NCBI RefSeq assembly: GCF_009914755.1
Contig: NC_060926.1
Direction: 5' to 3' (one strand)
Length of the DNA: 64,000 bases
Origin: the human T2T-CHM13v2.0 reference genome, Homo sapiens
The notes beneath the pieces are model-generated. The model did not search any database. It was not told where the DNA came from and saw nothing but the letters and a program-made list of their open reading frames with translations. Positions 1 to 13,070 of the stretch are shown here, piece by piece. Each line of letters opens with the position of its first letter. Positions within the stretch are counted from its first letter, which is position 1. The position numbers and the translations under genes were made by a program.

Positions 1-454
1 CCTTCCAGAGTCCTCCCATTGTTGTCCTCTGTCAACAGGACCCACATTTCTCCACCTCCCATGCTACCTAAGGCTTGGTGTAGGTGGGCATCACTGCCCT
101 TCTCTTGAGGAATCTTCCACCCCTTTGCTCTTGGGGCTTGAAAGCCTCTGCCCTTCAGAAGAGAAGAGGCATCAGAAACAAGTAGGGAGGAATCTGGGCA
201 TGCCGGTAGGGACAGGGGGCCTTCGGTTTGCACTCCCAGGATCTCCACTGAAGGTGGGAACTCTGGCTACTAAGGCCCTGCGCGTTCACCAGTTCAGATG
301 TCTTTCATAGATTTCATCACAGCTCAGGCCTATGCTGTCCAGAGCCCAGAATGTTACCCCTGGGAGAGCTTGTCATAGAACAATCCCATGTTTGGGATAG
401 ATGAAGGTTATGAACGAGGTGTTATGATGCTGACTACTGCTCAAAAACTGCAAG

Positions 455-832
455 CCTAGTATATACATACAAAAGAGTAGCATTCAGCCTTCAAAAGGAG
501 GGACCAGCACGTTACAACATGGACGAAACTTGAGAACACTGCTAAGTGAAATAAGCCACACATAAAAGAAGAAATACTGTATGATTCCACTGGTTCTACT
601 TATGTGAAATACCTAGAGTAGTCCAATTCATAGAGATGGTAGCATGGTGGTTATTAAGGGCTGGGGGGAGGAAAGAATGGGGGAGATGTTTAATGAGTGT
701 AGAATTTCAGTTTTGCAAGAAAAAGTTCTGGAGATTGGTTGCACAGCAACGTGAATATTAATACTTAACAGTACTGAACTGTACAGTAAGAAAGGGTTAA
801 ACTGGCAAATTTTATGTTATGCATTTTTTACC
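455..832 (+). mobile_element. Old L1 3' end (L1MB-like)
   Basis: gctaagtgaaataagcca...tactgtatgattccact...gttctggagattggttgcaca...actgaactgtac motifs. Confidence 0.8.
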
Positions 833-838
833 AGTCAT

Positions 839-855
839 ACACACACACACGCGTG

Positions 856-883
<28 letters not shown>
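839..883. repeat. (CA)n microsatellite
   Basis: Read directly. Confidence 0.95.
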
Positions 884-887
<4 letters not shown>

Positions 888-1099
888 TTGGAACAATGGA
901 AACAGTAGGGATTTTAGTCTGAGAAACCATGGCTTCAAGTCTCAGTTCTGCCACCTACTGGCTATGCAATTTGGGGATATTGTTTCATCTCTGTGAGCCT
1001 CACAATGCTCTGTAAGATGCATTTCAAAAATCTAGCAATAAGATTATTGTGAAGATTAGCTATATTGCATGTTATGTACAAAGCAGCCACCAATCCAGA

Positions 1100-1420
1100 C
1101 AGGATGTAAAAGGCTTTGATTATCATGCTAAGGAGCTTATCCTGTGGATCATGGAGAGCCGTTCAAGGGCTTTAAGTTGGGGATGACAAGGTTGGAGTTC
1201 TGCTTTAAAAAGATGGCTCTGGTGATTGCAGGGAGGAGATCCTGGAGTGGAGAGACGAGAGGTAAGGAGACCAGGTAGAAAATGCCAGGTTCAGATGAAC
1301 ACCGGGGTCTCAGGGACTCTTTCCACAGTAGTAGACAGGGCAGCTTAAGAAGGCATTCAAACAGACAGGACTTGGCCGACATACTGGGGTGGCAGGCGAT
1401 GAGAGAGAGAGGCTCAAAGA
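1100..1420 (-). mobile_element. L2 fragment
   Basis: aaggagcttatcctgtgg...ggagagccgttcaagggctttaag...ttttaaaaagatggctctgg resembles L2 antisense. Confidence 0.55.
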
Positions 1421-4400
1421 TGCTTGAGCAAGATCCCTACGCATGGACACACCTGTGGACGCAGCAGGGAGGCTTAAGGGACACCCCGGGGCTGGGAGGA
1501 GACACATCTTGGCTCATAGAAGAAGGAGATTTCAGACAACTAAAGCTGCTGCACCAGGAACAAGCTGCTTTGTGAGACAACCTTGGCAGAGAATGCAGGA
1601 CCTGCCAGGAAACTGAGCAAGAAGTCCCAGTGTGGGCGGGGGGAGGGGGGGGGGCAGGAGGCTGGACCAGGTGATCCCCCAGGGCCCCTTCAATCCACAA
1701 TCTCTGATTGCCTGCACCCCACAAGGGAATCCCCCATTGACCAATCTCTTCCTATTTTCTTTCCAGGGAGAGTTTGCAAGGATTAAATTTTGGCGCACAG
1801 ATTGAGCTCAGACAGATGTTTGTTTAAGTATGGGGGAAACTGGAATTTCTACCAACTGGGTGAGGTCAGCTGGGATAAGGAAGTCTTTTTCTAAACAGGA
1901 ACATCCATTCTCAGGGTGAGGATGATAAAAGTTCTATTTCAGTAAGAAGGTAACATGAAAGGGTTCAGAGAACTCTTTTGCCTAACAGATCCTGGATACA
2001 TGGGGTGGATTATCCATTCTATACAAGGAGATAACTGGATGCTGCCTCTCTGGCTGTGGTCAATCCTTTATCCAAGTTCATGGTCATGGAGACTATTAGC
2101 ATAGTCGAAGAAAGCCTGAATTCTCAAGGAGTGTGGAGTTGAGCAAAAGTTGGGCTTTGGAATCAGAATGATGTGAGTTCAAATCCTGACTCTCACTCTT
2201 AGGGACAACTTACGCAAGTTTATTAACCCCTCTCAATTGGTTTTCTCATATATAAGTGGGGGATACTATCTGTTTCCCTTGCTGGAGTGGTTCGTGGCTA
2301 ACCGCTAAAGTCTATGAGAGACTTTGAACACATATAGGCGCTCAGTATAGTGCACCTTATCTCATTGCTAGTACTAGCAAAGAGCAAAATGTTTCCCGGT
2401 TAAAGCAAAGGTGATGTAAAAAAACGAGCTAAAATCAAATTGACCAAATGTCAGGAGGATGTCTTTTCCTGTCTCCTAGGAGAAAGTAAGTTTTAAGTAA
2501 CAGGACAAACTTGGGAAAAGAGAGATGAAGGAAGCAAGTGTGGCATGGAGAACGCTAAGTAACCAGTACTGCTGAGGAGAACTTCAAGTGTCCAGAAGAG
2601 AAAGTTCACCCCTTTTCTAAGGGAGAAGCAGGCCAAGTTTGCAAAGCACTTCTGTCCTGGCTACACGGTGGCCTCCACACCTGAGCCTGGGTTGTTTCAC
2701 CCCGGGCCTGCAGCTCTGCATCCAGATGGGGGAACTTGCAGTGGCTTGAGCTCCACCCAGCCAGGGCAGCTTTTCTCAGGCATTAGAAGATCCACCTAAG
2801 TCTCCTGATTTGCAAACCAAGTGGTTGCTGTCCTCCCAGAAAGTCATAACCCTAAGGGTCCTGATCTCTCAAGCAGCTCAGGTGTAGTAGGGAGTCCTTG
2901 AAAATTCAAGTGTCAAAAGAGATAAACAGAGCACAAGAGGGAGATTAGGGATGTCACCTTAGGATTTTAGAGTCTACTTCCTGACCACACTACGTGCAGA
3001 TGGTCAATACCTATAGTCTACCTTCCCTCAGTGTTCCTCTCCTCCAGCCATTCCCCTTATCTTCAAGTTCCCTTACTCTCCTCCTGACACTATTGTTGTT
3101 TGAGCCTAACAACAGCAGAGAGGTGTGGACAGAAAACAGATACAGAGAAAGCCAAATAAAGTTGCTTAAAGTCGTATTAGCCAGGCCAGCTCTCAAACCC
3201 AGACCCCTGACTCCAATCCAGTGTTTTCTTCCAAACAGCCCTGCCTCCGCAACAGGCGCGTTGTTTGTCAAGACAACACGCATCCCATCTGCCGGCCTAA
3301 GATTGACCCATGGCCGAGTAGAAATTCCAGTGTGGCTCCCTCCCCTTTCACTAGTGAAGCATCAGGATACCCCCAGCTTCAGAACCCCCCTAGGTCATCT
3401 GAACCACACATCCTAGCTCCCTCATCACCTGACCATTGCTGAAGGCTGGTTTTGGAAATCTTCGTCTTGCGCCTGGAGGCAGCTTTCCACAACTCTGACA
3501 GCCACCGGGGGAGCAGAAACTCACACTCCAGTAGTCTAACACCAGCATCAAAGTCAGAGTTATTTTTCATTTTGCTAGCAATAGTTTGATGTGCCTGATT
3601 CCCGTCTCACAGCTGTGAGCAGGTTGCAACACCAAAGCTCTCCAGTTTGCAGTGGTAGTCGCAAGTCTAAGAACTCTGGATTCATTAGAACAAAAGGAAA
3701 CCAAGCCTTCCTTCTCGTATCTACCGCTGCTGGTGCGGAGAAAACCCACAATATGGGTACTCAAACAAGAAGCCTCCTTTTCTCCCTTTCAAGCTCTGGA
3801 ACACCCATTAGTTCATTTTCCTATTTTCTCATTGTATGTGCCATCTTCAGTTTATAATGAGTTTGAAGTTATTAAGAAGAAATACTGAATTCCCAGCTGT
3901 TGGAGCTAAATTAGACTACTGAGCTGCTGCATTTGCAGCTAACTGGAGAAAAATGCAGGCTCTCTCCAAAGAACAGGGCAAACTTGCATTTGAATGCTCT
4001 TCTGCTACATTTATCATAATGAGTTTTCTTTCCAAAAAGATAAGACCCAGTTCTCAAGGTGAGGGGAAACAACAGATCTCGTGCCACGGGCCTGCCGCTA
4101 TTCAGACCCTGGGAGCTGCGCTGACTGGGAAAACGACCTCCACTCCAGATCTAAATCTAGCTGCAGGTTCAAGAAGCAATGGGAATTCTCACTTCTTTTA
4201 AAAATTGGGTCCCTTCTTTTTAAAGCCAGCTCCTGCACACTCTCGCATGTGAGAATAGGGCGAAGAGAAGTGGAGTTGAGAGATCCATCACTTTCCAAGC
4301 CAAGTCCAGCATCCCCCGCTTCCCAGCAGGCCTTTCCAGAGTGGGACTAGAAGGGAGAAGGGGGTCATATTTGGATCCTTTCATTTTCTGTGTGTTTCTG

Positions 4401-4814
4401 AGGGAAAAGCAAGTGGGCAGAGACATGGCCAACAAGAGATAAGAAGCCAGTGACATAAACCCTGCTCTCCTGACTGGCTCTGGTTAAGCAGCTCTTGGGG
4501 ACCACCCCTAGACATTCTGACTGAATGGGTCAGACTGGGAGGGACTCAGGGACTCGGGCTTCAATCTGGGTTACATTTTCCTTGGGTGATTCTGATATGT
4601 AGTCATGACTGGTAACCACTGGGCCAGATGGACTTCAAAGTGAATCCTAACACTTTGGAAGTCCCTGACTCAATCTTATTCTAGTAACCTAAGTGATGCC
4701 ATAATAATCATTGTCTACAGAGAATGTTAACGGTGACAAATCTGCACACACCTTCTGGAAAATCTGGGGTATGAGGGGAGGTTTGGATGAAGGGTCCCAC
4801 GTCTTATTCTGTGA

Positions 4815-5275
<461 letters not shown>

Positions 5276-7959
5276 TGAACAGAAAAGGGAAATGGGAAAT
5301 AGAGCAGAGTGTGTCATTCAAATGCCCTCCAGGATGCCCACCAGGTTCTCAGCAGAGGGACCTAGAAGTGCTCTGATGACTTAAGTTAACACGGCATTGG
5401 GCCAAGGGTTACATACCTGGGTTTGCATTGTGGTTCCATTACTTACCAGCTTTGTGACATTGAGAAAAGTACTTATTAATTAGTAACTTAAGCATTATTA
5501 GCCCTAGTTATGGGTAAGAAAACTGAGGCTCAGAGAGAGAGGCCTCCCAGTGCTCACACTTCGGCTGTCTGACTTCAGAGGCTCTCACCCTGCACTGGCT
5601 CACCCTGGGGGCCGCGTCCCAGGAAGCAAAGCTATAGAATCTGAGTGTGAGTGAGGGCCAGGGCAGCCCTTGCTTATTCTGATTTGTTTTCAGAGAAAGG
5701 TTTGGGATAACTGATAGGAACTTTTAACTGTAAGCAAGACAACATATCATCTTACTCCTTCATCTAACATTTATGGTTAACATTCTCAATACCAGCACAA
5801 AGAGGAACGCAGCGTTCTAGAGAATTTTTCCAACTGGTGTGATTCTTGAGTGAATTATTTGTTGTTCCTTCTTTTTCTCTTCCCCCCTCCCCGCCGCCCA
5901 CAGAAACTGCTCAAACCTTTTAAATTTGGTTTCTAGTAAACGAGGATGTGAGTCAAAGCCATGGAGCTTCCAGGAGAGAATCCCTTCCTCATAAGCATTG
6001 TGGGGCTGGGGGACTGGAATGTGGAGCCCCTCAATCCTCTGCTGTCCTTTGTGCAGTCACTCCAGCCCTCTGGGCCTCAGTCTACTAATCCATAAAGTCA
6101 GGGTGTCATACTAAATGACTTCTGAGATCTGCAATACTGCAATTTGAAGAAAAAGGTCTCAGGAGGGATTCTGTTATAACAGACTGTGTTTCTCAGAATA
6201 TTGCTCACTCAATGTTTTCATTCACCTGAAATGATGCAGGCTAGCTGCAAGGTTACAGAAAACCCATTACTAGTAAGCATGCTGCCTAGGAGTGGCTTGA
6301 CCCACACCATCGGACATAGGCGGTGCCATCAGAGCTCTAGGAAGCTTTTTTGGCCGCGTGGGTCTGTCTGGACAGGTGTTACCTAATTTGGGAGAAATAT
6401 GGTGTCCTCTTTCCTGTGAAGTATGCTAGAGGCTTGTGCAGGCCATTCCCAAATTCTAGGTGCTACTGAATTGGGAAAGGAACTCAATCTTGGGGTAGAC
6501 AGTTGGTGGGAGGTCAGGGGAGTGAGCAATTACATAATAAGTCTCCTCCAAAGATGACCAAAACTTTCATCAGAGGACTCTGCAGCTCTGCAGCTACATC
6601 TAGAGGAGCGGAAATGAGGTGAAGCCGACGATGATGGTGATGATAAACTATAAGGCGAAGCGATGTTATTCTTAAATAGATGGGGAACCCAACCAGGTTG
6701 TGTGTAGGGCACCGGTGGGAGTGGGGTGGACAGGGGGAGGTGTGGAGATGAGGCTGCCCAATACACTGTATGTTAAAGACCACCAGGGAGCCCCGTTACA
6801 TTCAGCCTGCTGGCTTTGACAGAGCAATGCAGAAATTGATCCAAGGTAGCCTTTTCACATGACTTAACCTTGTGCAAATTACTCCCTATAACAATGATGT
6901 AATATCATCTCATCTACCTAGACTAAACCTTCCTATTAATACACAGCCACTCTCCCTCCAAATTATTTCTTGGGGCAGAGGTAAAAGACCAGCACGCCTT
7001 AGTGTAGATGGATGCCTCCAACGGCCCCCCGGTCACTCTGTAGGTGTGGATGCTCTCCCCCAGCTGTGCCTCGGCTGCTGCTGTGGCTTCGATAAGGTGT
7101 GAGTCTCAGGGGGGGCGAAGTCTAGAGCCTCCACCATCAAGCACATACCTCTGTGGTGGGGGCAGGTGCCAGCAAGCTATGCCCTGGGACCCTTATCCTC
7201 CATCACAGGGAACACCCCTTGTGTGGGAGGTTTTCCTAAGGGTGTTGCTATTCACGCCCTTGCTATGATTGGCTGTATGCACATCAGCGAACCCTAAGAT
7301 GCCAATCCCACCTGTGATAAGTGTGCATGCTGGCTCTGTTCCCCCACCCACCTGCCTATGTACGTTTATGGACATGAAATGTGTCAACCTGAACATGTCG
7401 ATGCTGATAAATTTTGAAGCCCTCTAATCAGACAGCAATCATGTATTGGTCCTGATCATCTGGCTATGCCCTGAAGGTCATAATTCATATACTGTGACAC
7501 TAGTGAGTGGGACAGAGAGTTAATATTTCTTCAGCTCCGGCTGTGTATCTGATAGAGCCTCACACACACAACCCCACATAATACTTATCAACTTTACGAG
7601 ACAAATAATACCACCCTTATTTTTCTACAAAATAGACATAGGTTCAAAGAGGTGGAAGAATTTGCCCGAGGTCATTTAACTAATCTGAAACTTGAGTCCA
7701 GGTCCACCCTCCCTCCACCCATGACACCTGCCTTGACCGCCAGGCATTCTGCACACTCCCTCCCTTCCTAATGCCACCCCATCCACCAGCACATCCAACT
7801 TGCTGAACTACAGTTGTGGACACATTATAAACTGAATTCTATCCAGAAAAGGCAGGTTGAAATAAAAAAGGAGGGTGGGAAGGAAGAGTCTCTTAATCAA
7901 TAAGAAAATATGTTCACCACTCAGTACAAGAAAGAAAAAAAAGGTTAAAAAAGCGGCAG

Positions 7960-8099
7960 CTTGCTCATCGTTTCCATACAGTTTTATTTGCAATTTGTTG
8001 GAACCATGGAGAACAATCGGCAGATACACATGTTGCTTCTGGGAACAGCATTCAACTCCAGATGCTTTTTCTGCTAAGGAGCAGGGCCACAGGTGGCCC
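7960..8099 (-). other. NBAS: NBAS 3' UTR (short, about 130-140 nt; end approximate)
   Basis: Lies between the TGA and the expected cleavage zone 15-25 nt past AATAAA. Confidence 0.7.
7983..7988 (-). terminator. NBAS polyadenylation signal AATAAA
   Basis: tttatt on + at 7983-7988. A U-rich downstream element follows on the minus strand (A-rich 7928-7952 on +). Confidence 0.85.
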
Positions 8100-8375
8100 T
8101 CACACCCAGTGCTGTGCTGCGCGGAGGGCTGTACTGAAGGTTCTGAAGGCCTGGTGAGTCCCCCTCACGGCCAGAAGGAGAGACCCGGCTTCGGCTTCAT
8201 GGCCGGCCTCCCGCAGGTGTCTGCCCAGCTCCTCTGCATCCCAGCGCCCTTGCTGGAGGCTAGCCAAGAGGTGGTCAACAATACGTGGATAGAAGGGAGT
8301 GGAGACACACTTCACCAGCAGCTTGGCATCCAGGAGCAGGGAAAGAAGTTCTTGGTCACAATTGGAATCATTCAC
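8100..8375 (-). CDS. NBAS: NBAS terminal coding exon (inferred exon 52): VNDSNCDQELLSLLLDAKLLVKCV...FSTALRAAQHWV*
   Basis: Translation matches the NBAS C-terminus as I recall it. Acceptor ...tcttatttcttgaAG|GTGAAT (AG at 8376-8377); TGA at 8100-8102; 276 nt; phase 0 join to the 20040-20168 exon. Confidence 0.96.
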   Translation of the reverse strand: MNDSNCDQELLSLLLDAKLLVKCVSTPFYPRIVDHLLASLQQGRWDAEELGRHLREAGHEAEAGSLLLAVRGTHQAFRTFSTALRAAQHWV

Positions 8376-9677
8376 CTTCAAGAAATAAGACAGGCACAGC
8401 GTGAGGGGGTGTTTGCTTTGTTCGCCTCCCCCTTGGATCCCTCGCTCTCCACTGGGCTGCCTTCATCATCATTCATGCCCTGGCCTGGGTTTAAAAGCGT
8501 GTGTGGGTCACGAGCACCTCTGAGGTAGGTCACAGATTGGGATGACAGACGGGGCTCCTCTTAACATAAGAAGACACAAGAACCCCACTGCAATCATCAC
8601 TACAGCTTCCAGATACTGGGTGCCAGAAACTATTCAACACTGTACCAGCATCTCTTCACCAAGGCCTTCTGATTCAACCCCGTGACTGGCACTTTTACCT
8701 CCCAATTGACAGAAAAGGAAACTGAGGTGTAGCAACTTTGCTTAACATTGTAACCAGTTGTAGAGCCAGATTGTAAATTTGGGTCAATCTTGACATCAAA
8801 GTCTGTGCTCTTAACAACCACATTTACTGTTTCATTTGTACTTTCACTGTGATCCACATTCTTTAATGCTGTATCTTTCTTGAATATAAATACACATGAA
8901 AAAAATTTTTTTGGAACAAGAAAACCTTTTTTGTACTCCATTGAGAGAAGAGTATGTCCCTCAAGCCCACTGATACGAGTAAGATAACCAACAGTGGGGT
9001 TTTAAACTATTTTTGCTTCAGCCTCTAGGAAGCTCAGTACCAACCTTGCCTTTTAAAAAACGGTTTCATAGGTTCTTTCAGTTTGCGTATTCTCTTTCTC
9101 CCTGGTCTTGTCTTCTAAATATATGTATTATTTTCAATATTTTTTTAAAGAATCAAGTCCACACTGATCATATTATCAAAATTCGGAGCTTCTCACTTAC
9201 ATTGGGGTATCATAAAACAGATTCCTGACAGGCTTTTCTTAACGTTACTGTGCCTTTTTAATAATTTGGATTGTAGGACTCTCAGAAATAATGTCAAAGC
9301 CAATTAACTAACGTTTAGACCAACTATATTATGCAACTGTACACAATGTGCTCTTCCTGCATGTTCTGTGACAAGGAAGAAAGGCTATTGAAGATGCGAA
9401 GGTCAACTGTGTCTACTTGTCTACTGACTGTGAGAATTAAAGCAAGAGAAGTACTGAGAATAAAATCCTGCCCACTATCGGATAGCGTGAATCTTTCCTA
9501 CTACCCACAGGGGTCATTCAAAACCCAATGTAAACATCACCTCCAATGCCATCTTCTTGCTGACATTTTCTTTAACTCTCTTGGCCAATACTTGGGAGTA
9601 TGACCAAGGATTCCTCCTTCCTCCATACTCCCAAGATGCCTGAGATCTGCCTCTTCATGCTGTATGATAAGTAATTT

Positions 9678-9979
<302 letters not shown>

Positions 9980-12224
9980 TGTATGATAGTAATTTGTATG
10001 TCTGTCTCCCTTACCGACTGGGAAATTCTTGAAGGCACAGAAGTTTTATCACTTTTACATTTCAGCTCCCCATTTCATTAACATTTGTTAAATGGCTGAG
10101 TGAACCTACATTATGAAACTTTGTCACATTTTTGTAAACTGCACAAGTACACGATAAAGACCCTACCTCTCAGAGAGACTGAATAGAACTAGACTCCAGA
10201 ACAGAAGACCCTCTCTGCAAACCCTCAGTGTCTTTTCTCCGGCCTCCCAATTCATGAACACTTGTACAGCCCACCTTTGACCCCACCTTTGACCCAAAAC
10301 ACTTAGGTTGAACTCCAGGAATTTACCTTTGTTTTTGTTTTTAGGAGCTAGATGACAGAAAAAGCCACCGGTTCAATGGACTTGCTTTTGTGCTGGAAGG
10401 GGCACGGAGCTTTGACTTCTCCTCGCTGGGGCTGCCTGTGAGTTCTGAATGCCTTCTTTCCATCCCACTTCTCTCCCTGTCTCTTCATGCCTAGCAAACA
10501 AGAGTCTCAACCCCACAGAGCTCCTGCCCTCAGCAGCACGGTGTCTACGTGCCAGAACCCTGAGAGGCCCTTGAAGTCTTCAGACATCCCTTCAAGACAG
10601 TTCTCACCTCCTCTGACAGAGGCAGGTTCAGTGAGGTCAAGTGTGATACAGTTGCTCCATGGTGGAGTGGCCTAGAAGCCCGTGTCTCGGCCTAGTTTAC
10701 TTGTTTATTGTTTGTTTCCCTCCAGAACACAAGTTCCTATGGAGCAGAGATCTTGTCTCTTCTGTTCACCCCTGTATCCCCATGTCCAGAATGGGTGGTC
10801 ACATGCTAGGAGCTGAGCAAGATTTGTGGAATGAATACCCAAGTGAATGAATCACTCCAAAGCTCACATTCTTTCAGTCTGTGTGGCTGCCTCCAGCCAC
10901 GTGCATGCACATGCTAATGCGTGCACACACACAGGGCATCTGAGTTACTGTATGTGTTATCTTGGTTCATCCTTCAAAACAAAGAATCCCCCTGCCTAAC
11001 CCTGCAGGACAGAACAGTGTGTGCCAGGATGCTACAGGCACATGTTTGATAAGATGCACAGATAAAAGGCTCAGAATCTGAACACTGCAGGGCAATACTT
11101 TCTTTGTTGCCCTGAATACGTCTTCTAGGCTGGGACACCTTTATTATTCTTTCAGTTTACTCACTAACCCTCCCCTCTGGGAGCCCGACAGTCTCCTAGA
11201 GAGGTAGTGATGGATTCTTCCAGCCTGAGGAAGAGACAGGGGTTCTGTTAACGCCTGCGGCCGCTGCTGCTCTCATTCCCTTCATAGTTTGTGTTTCTAT
11301 CCAGTGCAACCAAATCCTTCCCGTGTTTCTGGCTGGATATACCCAGCTTTTCAGAAGCTGCTCTCATTCTGGCAGGGAGGGCAAGGGGTGGGGAAGGGCA
11401 GGGTAGGCTGTCTTTTCTCCAAAAGCCTGCTGCTTGCCTTCTTGGCTGAGAATGCCTAAGGCTAAAGACACGGAAATGAAATGCATGCTTCCTTCCCCTT
11501 GGCCCCGGCCCACTCAGAGGTTCCCTAAAGAACGATAAAGGTCTGCGTTTGCTGACCTGCATTGAGCTTGGGCAGTGAGCAGGGAAAGGTTGGGAGGAAT
11601 TTTGGGTTTGGCTTCAGATAAAATCAAGTGCTGGAAACGCAGGGTGGGTGACTTTATCTTATTTCCTTTCTCTGACATTCTACCTGGGCCTGGCTCTTTG
11701 CAAGAAATACAGAATGGCCAGAGTATACTTTAAGATTGTCAGCTGCACGGAAAATACTGCATAGATAATTTTTCTGTGTGTATTTGGGAACAAAATAGAA
11801 AATGAAAGAAGAAAGAAAGAGATGGCCTTTGTAATGACCCATTCCAACAAGTACATTTTAAAGAGTCGTCTGAGGTTCAGAGAAGGAACAGGTCATAGAC
11901 AGCCAAGATGTTCCTTTCTACATATCAGGGCACCAAGGCCAGACAGAATCCTTCCCATCAGCACAGCCGAGTGCTGGGTGTCCTGTCCCAAAGCACTCTC
12001 CAACACTGTGACATCAGCACACTGCTGAGTTGCTGGATTAATTTGTTAAGCCTCAAGTTGTCTTTGTTTTTTCTTGTTTTTGACTAAAATTTGTACTAAA
12101 CATACTAAAACTTTAGTACTATCTGCCACAGAAGCTTGGTACTCTCTGACCATGCATTATTCATTCTAACCTACTTTTTCTTTTTAAGATAAAAATAAAA
12201 AAGTGGAAATAGTTGGAAAAAAAC

Positions 12225-12345
12225 ATGCCACCTTCTTGCTGACATTTTGTTTAACTCTCTTGGCCAAGCTGATTCCTCCTTCCTCCATACTCCCAAGGCA
12301 CCTGAGGTCTGGCTCTTCAGGCTGTGTGACGGTAATTTGTATGTC
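12225..12345 (+). repeat. Dispersed ~120 bp direct repeat, paired with 9546-9677 plus 9996-10003
   Basis: atgcca(t/c)cttcttgctgacatttt(c/g)tttaactctcttggccaa...gattcctccttcctccatactcccaag...gtaatttgtatgtc occurs at both sites. Confidence 0.9.
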
Positions 12346-12692
12346 ATCCATGTTTGGGTCACCACAAGAGAATTATTTCACCCTCCTTTCCTCTCCAGTA
12401 ACTGTCCATGTGCATAGATTTTTTTCCCACAATTAATCGTATGATATTTGTATTCTATTTTTCTCATTATATGCTAAGAATTTTTAAATTGTTTTTTACA
12501 TAGTTTTCAGTCTTAAAAATTTTAATGGCTGCAAAATAGTTGTTATAAGTTATTTGACTTCTATAAATATTTCAGCCATTTTAAGTTGTCTGATATTACT
12601 GAAACACTACCATGAATGTTTTTTTGCACATACTTTCTTCTTCATCGAAATTATCGGCATAGGACAAGTTACCAGGGGAGGTATCACTGCAG

Positions 12693-13070
12693 TGTTACGG
12701 GCTGAACTGTGTCCCGCACAAATTCGTATGTCGAAGCCCTTACCCTCAGTACCTCACAATGTGACTTTATTTACAGACAGGGACTTTAAAGAGGCAATGA
12801 AGGTAAAATGAGGTCATCAGGATGGACTCCGATATAACCGGTGTCCTTACAAGAAGAGAAGACAGGACACGCACACAAAGCAAGGGTCAGCCATGTGAGG
12901 ACAGTGAGAAGGCGGCCGTCGACACGCCAAGGAGAGAGGCCTGGGAAGAAACCAACCTTACACCTTGACATCAGACTTCTGGTCTCCAAAACTGTAGGAA
13001 AATAAATTTCTCTTGTTTAAGTCACTTAGTCTGTGGTACTTTGTTAGGGTAATATGAGCAAATTAATACA
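12693..13070 (+). mobile_element. MaLR solo LTR (MLT1B-like) inside an old antisense L1ME-type fragment
   Basis: tgttacgggctgaactgtgtcc start, gacttctggtctccaaaactgt...aataaatttct, taataca end. Confidence 0.85.

Noticed and set aside
2994-3888. Overlapping ORFs downstream of NBAS
   Set aside because: Mostly non-ATG starts, no domain similarity and no coherent splice structure.
7875-8528. 217-aa + strand ORF over the last NBAS exon
   Set aside because: GTG start, antisense shadow of a GC-rich coding exon, no recognisable domain.
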